Positions 50,571 through 58,415 of a DNA stretch of 58,415 nucleotides are shown piece after piece. Origin of the DNA: Hydrolagus affinis (lineage: Eukaryota). The notes under the pieces are model-generated. The model did no database searches, was not told where the DNA came from, and saw nothing but the letters and a program-made list of their open reading frames with translations. Each line of letters opens with the position of its first letter. Position 1 is the stretch's first letter. The stretch spans positions 1-58,415 of the forward strand of contig JAAILG010002055.1 of the NCBI GenBank assembly GCA_012026655.1, written 5' to 3'. The position numbers and the translations under genes are program-made.

Positions 50571-51448
50571 GCAGATTATAAATTGGTTAATCACCCAAAT
50601 CATACACATGCCCAAGTTCTGTTGAATGTCTTAATGTTTATAAGTTTTGAGTAAGTCAAACTTTGCATAAGTCATATGAAATATATGGTTCCAACTGATA
50701 TGGCTTGTAGGTTTACTGTAACTGAAGCCTGCTGAAGACTGGAGCTTGATATATTTATGGCAATACAGTAACTGTGGTGTTCCAGACTGACACAGAGACC
50801 AGTCCACAGCACACTGGAAAGCCTCAGTGATGTGCGGGTATTTGTAAAATCTACTGAGGCTTCTCACTGGCTGAATTCAATTAGCAGCACTCGTCACCAT
50901 GAGACTGCGGTCACAGATAAACCCACACTGTAAAAACATAATCTTGTCTATCGCACGTGCTGCAGTGTCATTTGCCACATTGGCTGACCTACGTATTGGG
51001 ATTTACAGATGATAAAGATCAAGTGGGGGTAGAGAGAGATAGAGGGAGAGAGAGAGATAGAGGGAGAGGGAACATATGCTAAACTCAGCATTTGCTCATA
51101 GTCTATTTTATTAGAATATACACAGATAAGCGAAGGGATTTACACTGGCTCAGCATTAGCACCATATGGGTGGTTTATTACAAAGTAATTACTGTTTGGC
51201 CTGAAGCACCAAATCACAATCAGAGAGCTGACAGATGATAAAGAAATAAATGATATCACACAGCAACTAATCCCTAAATCTAAACAGGTGATTATGAGGA
51301 ATTACAAGAGATGGATTTATCAGAAGAGATTCCACTCCTTGTGAAAATGCCCAGGAATTTTTGGGTCAAATTTTTTTGAAGATTTTTTTTTGAACTCGTC
51401 AATTCAAATCATCTCACAACATCTGGTGTTTCAAAATTATTACATCGA

Positions 51449-51751
51449 GGAGTGGTTATAGCTATAGTTCAGTGGTTAGAGCACTCACATGGTGAGTGAG
51501 AGACCTGAGTTTGATTCCCAGCAGGGTGAGTTTCCTTATTCCACATGCCTGATAATAATCCATCAGGAAAAAAAATTATAATTTGGTCACTCATTTCACA
51601 ACTGTTAGTGGGACACTGTTGTGTGCAATTGCCTGCTGCATTTTGCCCCAAAATATACAATCAATTCACTTTACAATTTATTTTGGAAGCACTTTGAGAT
51701 GACTAGAAGACGTGAAAAGCGCTATATCAAATGCAAGGATTATTATTATTA
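51449..51751 (+). mobile_element. SINE family A, full-length short variant
   Basis: Head TAGTTCAGTGGTTAGAGCACTC..GAGTTTGATTCCC, body, GTGAAAAGCGCTATATCAAATGCAAGGA(TTA)4. Confidence 0.93.
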
Positions 51752-52302
51752 TATTTGAGAGAAGCTTCTGTCGGTCAAAAGGTTTTTCAGCATTTATAGA
51801 ATCGTGTAACATGTACAGCATGTATAGAGATGCCTGCCTGATAACCAGCAACAATGAGGATCTCTTGGTATGGTCTGAGCATTTCTAATGTCAGAAGGCA
51901 TTAGAATGAGATGTTAAAGAAAAATCCCATCTGCCTATTCAGGCAATCGTGAAAGATCAGAAGTGAGTTCACTTTTAATGTCCTTACTGCAGGGCACACA
52001 AGGATCAATTATTAAACCTGTGACGTTCCTGTATGTAAAGATCCACTGAGTCATCAGAGACATTTGTGTCCAGTTTGTAAAGGTCTCTTTCTGCCGTATG
52101 ATCCAAACTATAGCAGAGGGTAAACAGGCAAGCATCCACCAATGCCACTCTGTAATTAGTTGTTGGGAAGCAACGTGTCCTCTGATCACCTCCCTTCCTG
52201 CAGGCAGTGTCTGGCATCTAATTCTGAATGGCATATCTAAGACCAAGATCTCGCCATGCAGATAGTGACTTGAATGTCTTATTAAGCACTTAATAAGATG
52301 CT

Positions 52303-52361
52303 TTAAGCGCTCTGAGCCGTGTGGAGTGCGCTATATAAATCAAAGTTGTTGTTGTTGTTGT
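52303..52361 (+). mobile_element. short L2-type tail of another subfamily
   Basis: TAAGCGCTCTGAGCCGTGTGGAGTGCGCTATATAAATCAAA(GTT)5. Confidence 0.65.
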
Positions 52362-52407
52362 ATTAAGTATAAATCTATTCCCAGCACACTGTAATTCAGT
52401 TTGTGTA

Positions 52408-52615
52408 TAATAATAATAATCTAATAATAATCCTTGCATTTGATATACCATTTCTCAGACGTTTAATTGCTTTTATAGACATCTCAAAGCGCTTCACAAA
52501 ATTTACTGTAAACTGAATTGACTGTATATTTTGTGGACGAAACGCAGCGGCTAATTGCGCACAACAATGTCCCACCAACAAGTCTGGATTTTTGAGTGAC
52601 CAAATTATTATTATT
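52408..52615 (-). mobile_element. SINE family A 3' half
   Basis: Matches the body and tail of 51449-51751 in reverse. Confidence 0.9.
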
Positions 52616-52999
52616 CCGTATTGTGAAATTTTGCACTAATTCATTGATAGGAGTGTAAAGGAAATTGACGTTGAAACTGTGCAGACTACTCTGTCACAGA
52701 TGTACTTCACAGTTGTCTGATAAAAATGTTTTGCTCGGGAGAAAAAGAAACCGAAACTTACTCGGAAATGTTGCAATGCTCACTGCACTATTCTGTCATA
52801 AAGACAATGCAGCAAGCCAATCTCAATTACAACTAGAATTAAAAAGAGGTTATTTTCAGCATGATGACAATAAGACATTTTAGTCACACAAACAAAATTA
52901 GATCTGTTCACCATCCGGCTGGAGAAAAACATGCTGTATATTCAAATCTTCAGTATCAGAACTTATTGCCACAGGATCACAAGTCTCAAATGAACAAGG

Positions 53000-53712
53000 C
53001 CCTTCAGCCCATTTGATTCTTTTCTTTCCATTTTCCCTGCCTTACCTTCCTCCCATTACGATTCAAGCACTTCTGTTTTGTTAATTTCTTTAGCTTGTTA
53101 ATTACCCACTGGGTAAAAGAGCACTTCCTGAAATTGCCCTTTGCAACCCTAAATATATGCCGTCTTGTTCCACTGTCTCTGCCTATTTGAAAGTGTTGTG
53201 CAAAGCTTACTTTCTCTTTATAAATCTTATACAGTATATTCTGGTAAAGATCCCCACGAGACATCTCTTTTCAAGCCTGAAGAACCCTAGTCTATCTAAT
53301 CTAATAATAATGATAACAGTCCTTGCATTTGATATTGCGCTTTTCACATCTTCTAGGTATCTCAAAGTGCTTCACAGAATATACTGTAAAGTGAATAGAT
53401 TGTAGATTTGTGGGCAAAACGCGACAGCCGACACAGCAGAGTCCCCTAAGCAATCATGGATGGAAATGACCAATTTATTATTGGGGGGGTTTTCTTGAGG
53501 GAACATTATTAGGGGTGTAGAGTAAGGAAACTTGCTCAAGGTTTCACCCTGCCTGGAAACTTTGCTCATAGCTCATTTCCCTAACACTGAGGATCATCAC
53601 TGTCCTTTGCTCTCCTTTGCACTTCCTCAAGGCTCTGGGCCTCCCCAGCTACACAAACTGCACACAGTACTCCAGGTGCAAGCCTATATCAGAGTATTAT
53701 ATAGCTAGAAGC
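53000..53712 (-). mobile_element. CR1 LINE ORF2 fragment, split by a SINE
   Basis: Minus strand: LHLEYCVQF...ALEEVQRRA..MILSVREMSYE | LDRLGFFRLEKRC..RGDL...TRRHIF...RKCSFTQWVIN. Confidence 0.85.
53302..53558 (-). mobile_element. SINE family A, short variant, inserted in CR1
   Basis: Tail to B-box end. The CR1 reading TATGAGCAAAG|ATTAGATAGAC rejoins across it. Confidence 0.92.
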
Positions 53713-54189
53713 TAGAATTGCTAAGTTAAAACTCTCTATGTTGCAGATGGAAGTGGAAGAAGAGAAGAGGAATTATTCAGGGTCTCTGTCTATCCTGAGT
53801 AAATGTGAATTAAATTGCTCACATTTGACCATCTTTGCAAGTGGAAACAGTAGACATCTGTTTGTATGTTGTACTTCAATGGCAGATAATATACACAGTC
53901 GAATGCAAAGGCAACACATTTCTCAGACGTTGAATAGCTTTTCATCGAGAGCTTTCTCAGGCAAGAGGAGGTCTCTCCTGATACGCATCTGATCTCTCAC
54001 CACGAAAGAATGCAAAAAGATTTGAACCACGCTTTCACATGAAGTTGAGAAAGTTCCTCAAAGCCAACTGCTGAGAACAGTTTTAAATGCAACAATGGTC
54101 TCAACAGGGTGACAAACATGAACGTTGATCAAAAAACCACAAAACAAAAGATTAGTTGGTTTGAACAGACAATTGACAAACATGACATT

Positions 54190-54408
54190 AACAATAACAA
54201 AATTACATTTGTATAGCGGCTTTCACGTGTGTTTCGGACCCGAGCTGGGGGTGTCAAGATCAAGGAGGGCAAGGGGAGGAAGAAAGTGGCCAAAGGCACA
54301 GTCGAAGAAGAGGGTCTTGAAGGAGGGCAGGGAGAGGGCGAGGCGGAGGGACTACGAGATGGAGTTCCAGAGAATGGGGGCAGAGCGTCTGAAGTCATTG
54401 AGTATGAC
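54190..54408 (-). mobile_element. L2 LINE 3' fragment
   Basis: AACAATAACAAAATTACATTTGTATAGCGGCTTTCACG, then antisense ORF2 C-terminus (GGGTCTTGAAGG...GGAGTTCCAGAGAATGGGGGCAGAG). Confidence 0.88.
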
Positions 54409-55956
54409 AGCAGAACTTCAAGTGAGAAAGAGTGAGAAACAGCTTTTATAACAACTGCCCCTTCCTGTAGAATTGAAATACTGTGAAAGCTTTGTTTAGG
54501 ACGTCTATCTTTGTCAAACCACAACTTCACATGAAAATCACCCTCTTCTGCATTTGAACTGCCAAGATTATTCTGTGCCTTTCTAGATGCTTCAAATGGT
54601 CAAAAAACACATCCATGCATTTGAACTTTATGTCCATAAGGTCAAAATGTTTCAAAGCGTTGCACAGATAATTGTTGTGTACCCAGCAGGTCTCGCAGTC
54701 AAAGTGAATGATCAACACGTCTATAGGACACTAATCTTTGTTTAAAACTATGATCATGGAAGGCAGTGACAAAAGAAAAGTGTTGAAACCTCTGACAAGT
54801 GGTAACTAATACCATGCATGAAAGACGTAAGGCCCAGAGACCAATGTCCACCTGTGCTACTAAGTGGTGGGAAAACCCTTCACCTGCTACCAGATCTTTC
54901 ACAGGGGCTACCTCTGGGGTATACTGTATGAATCAGAGGGGCTGCAACAGACCTGGGCACATGTCAGTCAAGTGAGACAGCTGTTGACCCTTGCCGTGCC
55001 TCAGCACACAAACGAATACACATTTCTGTTGCAAAACTCTGTCAGATATTAACTGTATTGGTGCTCGGCTGCTGATATTGTTAATGACTAGTTCCCGTGT
55101 GGCTTATGGGATCGGTAGAATGCACCACACAATTAATTGGAATGGGCAACATGACGCAAGCTAATTGGATTAGCTCCTCGACTATTGGCTCAATTTTTAG
55201 TCTGCAGACATAAAACGTTTACCGCAGTGATAAAACCTTCATCCGATTTCACCACCCGGTATTAATACTATCCACAGTGATCGGGATGGTTACTTTCCAC
55301 CCGCATATGAAAATCAAACGCAGTTAAAATATACAGGCCTTGCAGAGTTCAACACACAAAGTGTGCTTGACTTAACTTTTTGTTTCCCACACCATTTATT
55401 TCAATGGAACTGGGTTCAGTGTGGATGAGGAGCAGTGAAAGGGCTCATCGAGCCTCCCCGTGACCTATCTTAAACTCCAGTTGAAAAAAAACGTATGCAT
55501 CGTGTTGTCCGCAAAGCATCTTTTCTGCTGATTGAAATCATTTTCATTCTTTATTCGATTAAAACCCAGTGCACCCATATTGTATTTAAACAACAGGGCT
55601 GAAATCCAGCTTAACTCAATTTTCTTTCTCCCCCAACTCTCTCCTCACAGTCTGTTCATGATTGTAGTGTACAAGTGCTGGTTTCTGAATAAACTGCTGG
55701 GTTCAGGAGTCAGGTGGGGGAAACCGTAGGGAGGATATTAAGCAGCATTTTGAATGCAATCCTCCTCTGTCCTTGTCAATGCAAAAACATCATGTTTGAC
55801 CGAGTTGCGCAGAGCTCCCAAAAAATAGCACCAGTTTGTACAAGATAAAATGCACTTTACCATGAAATAACTGCATCATATTGAATTTAATTACACAGGA
55901 ACACTTCCAATTTTTTTTTTACATTTTCTGCTTGTGTGTCAGTACGATATTAATTT

Positions 55957-56073
55957 GTTGCCGCGTTTGCCTACAAACAGGCTGCCACTACTGCACTTCA
56001 TAGTAAATTCCTGTGAAGCGTTTTGAGATGTCTTGACGATGTGATAAGACGCTATGCCAGATGCATGGATTAT
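55957..56073 (+). mobile_element. DeuSINE / family A type 3' tail
   Basis: TGCCGCGTTTGCCTACA...TGTGAAGCGTTTTGAGATGTC..GTGATAAGACGCTAT. Confidence 0.7.
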
Positions 56074-57324
56074 GGTTACTTTTACACCATATTCCATATA
56101 TGTCAAGGCACAATCCCACCAGTACTGCCCTGCAACCACTGGGAGGCACACAAGTGCAGAGCGAAATGTGTAAGTTTTCCACTTATTTTCCTACAGACAA
56201 GCATCTTGTTTGTGCTCTATGAATATCCTGGGTAATTTTGGTTGAGATTGGGAACTCACTGCATAGAGAATAATCGAGAGAGCAAGTTTCTCTCCCCTGC
56301 TCCTGCCCCCAGGGACAGTTACACTAACATGATGTCTTACCACTTGTTGCGCGTTTATAAATACTCCTAAAACAGATCCCCACAGCTTGAAACATTAGGA
56401 TAGAGGCAACAAATTTAAATTAATACATTTCTGCAATATAATGGGCCACTTGTTCCCATTCCAAAGGCTTGAAAAGCAGTTCTAATGTTAATAACCAACT
56501 ATTTTGTCAGTTAAACCTCTTTGAGAATCTGGGCACTTCTTAGTCCCGGAAGCCAGATGTTCACTGCACTTTGCATTCTTTATTAGTTCTCAAGGTAGTT
56601 AAAACGACAGAATTAATACTGACGAATAATTTGCAATTGAATGTACTCGCAATCCTGAAAATATAACTCACAATTGAATGTAAGTTAGGTGGACAAACGA
56701 TCGCTTTGTTAGAGAAGAGGAAGTGAAATAGTACATTAATTTATTACCAGCTCCGAGCATTTCGACCCTGATGTCCTGGTAACATAGTCTTTTTGAAACT
56801 AGTTTCCTGTAAAACCATGGTTCTATAAATATCAGACAATGGTGAAATTAAAAGGCTGAAGCACAAGGCAATCCAAACCAGCTCTTCAATCTAAAGCAGG
56901 ATTGTCATAGTAAAGGGGACAGAAACTGCAGCCTTTCTTGAATAGCGCTTGAATATAGTTTGAGAGTTAGATGAGCTGCAGCTAAAACATTTCGAGGGGA
57001 GGTTTAGTATTTTAGGAAGAAAGTTTTCACTCCTTTTTAAGCAAGTAAAAAGCTGAAGTGTTGCTTATTACATGGTCAGTAAATAGTTTTTCTGGAGCTT
57101 CAGTGCTATTCAAAGCAGTTATTCTTTCATTGAAACCATGTGACAAATTTAGCTATTTCTGTCAAAGGTTTCATTCTTCATTCTGTTACAAACATGGCAG
57201 ATGGGGCTTTGGTGATATATCAGCCAGTGTCGTGCTTTTTTGTTTTTCCTTTTTCTCCTGGAAAACCCACTCAATAAATCCTACTTATATCCTCGGTTGT
57301 TTTGCAGAATTTATTTTTCCCCCA

Positions 57325-57362
57325 CTCTCTCTCTCTCTTTCTCTCGCTCTCTCTCTCTCTCT
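57325..57362. repeat. (CT)n microsatellite, imperfect
   Basis: Direct reading. Confidence 0.95.
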
Positions 57363-58315
57363 GTCGTTATTCTTTTCCGCCCAAACTTCAATTGCAGTTT
57401 GTAGAAAGCATAAGCAAATGAATATGAACTACAAAGAAGTGACTCCTTGCTTTCACAAACTGAATGCTTGAATGATCTGCCTCACATTTTTCCGCCCGCA
57501 GTACGGGCAGCTATGAATATCACTAACAATCGCTAGTAATGTATCGATTTTCACAATGTTCTCCATTATGCCTAGGAAGAACATAAGAAACAGATTTCTG
57601 TGTGGTCCAAACCATCTGCACTTTCTCAGCACTTTGAAAAGAAACAAAAATTGCCCACTGGTATAAAATTTGAAGAAAAATTACCAAAGAAGGAATGAGC
57701 ATTAGCCACGCTTCACTTCATCCCTTTTCCTAACATTCTTGGCACTTTCTTTCTTTCAGATTCACAGTAGGTCTAAAGAGGTGAAATGCTGGACAAAAAA
57801 TACTCCCTTGCCAGAGTGGGTATGAAATATGAAGGCTGACCAATTGTCTGGGCTCACTGCTTTGGAATAACGCTAGTTAAATTATGGATAGTTTTGAATA
57901 GTGTCACTTTATGCAGATGGCTGTTCACACAAGAATCTCAGGCTGCATAATTGTATCACTAATAAGCAGTAAGGCAATTAGTTGTATAAGTGTGCTATAA
58001 TCGTTCTAACAGAAGAGATGACTAAGAGACAAAAAAGGGGGACAAAGAATTTCTTTTTTCAATTCACCAAGTGACAGGCATAATTAGATATATATAATTG
58101 AAAATTCCGCAGTAGGGGAGCAGGCTTATACAAATGAATTTTCATTGCTTTCCTTATGTGTTTCATTGTTCCCTTTGCATCTAAAATTTGTCATTCTGTG
58201 AGCATTTACTGTATGAGTTGGAGCCTGTTCGTTCAGGGCAATGATGTCAGAATAAAAATCTATGGAAAATCAGCAAGAAACAGAAAATCCATAGAAACTG
58301 TTCTGTTGACTGTTT

Positions 58316-58354
58316 CCCCCGACCCCCCCCCACCCCACCCCCCAACCACCTCCC
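58316..58354. repeat. C-run cluster (G-quadruplex-prone on the minus strand)
   Basis: Four or more runs of C>=4 with short spacers. Confidence 0.8.
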
Positions 58355-58415
58355 TTCACCGAACTGCTTTTGAACCAGAGCCAGACTTGATCGTCCATAT
58401 CAGCTTTCAGAACAT

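Noticed and set aside
23355-57985. GCAGTAAGGCAA(G)TTAG present at 23355 and 57966
   Set aside because: Many 12-mer matches are expected by chance in 58 kb, and the flanks are unrelated.

Overview
This is AT-rich, non-coding vertebrate genomic DNA. Its repeat content (a tRNA-CORE SINE with (TTA)n tails, SacSINE1/DeuSINE-like relics, L2 and CR1 fragments, many poly-C/G runs) points to a cartilaginous fish, most likely a chimaera such as Callorhinchus; this assignment is an inference. I recognise no host protein-coding exon, rRNA, true tRNA, known miRNA or CRISPR array. The only ORFs with recognisable protein content are decayed LINE ORF2 fragments (L2 endonuclease, RT and C-terminus; CR1 RT and C-terminus). 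The window looks like a long intron or gene desert next to a CpG-richer, promoter-like first ~1.9 kb, with several repeat-poor blocks that may be conserved non-coding elements. The most interesting signals concern retroposon biology: (i) a 3' double stem-loop shared by the SINE and L2, with a compensatory base-pair change; (ii) recurrent ~60-nt tail-only L2 insertions cut at the same point, apparently through CCAA microhomology; (iii) modular SINE evolution (CORE head on a Deu-type tail, and long versus CORE-deleted subfamilies); (iv) a palindromic, possibly Penelope/hammerhead-related relic nested in a SINE head; (v) an unnamed ancient dispersed family. I cannot support a new protein-based system here. 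Repeat boundaries were set by eye (about +/-10-30 bp for old copies).
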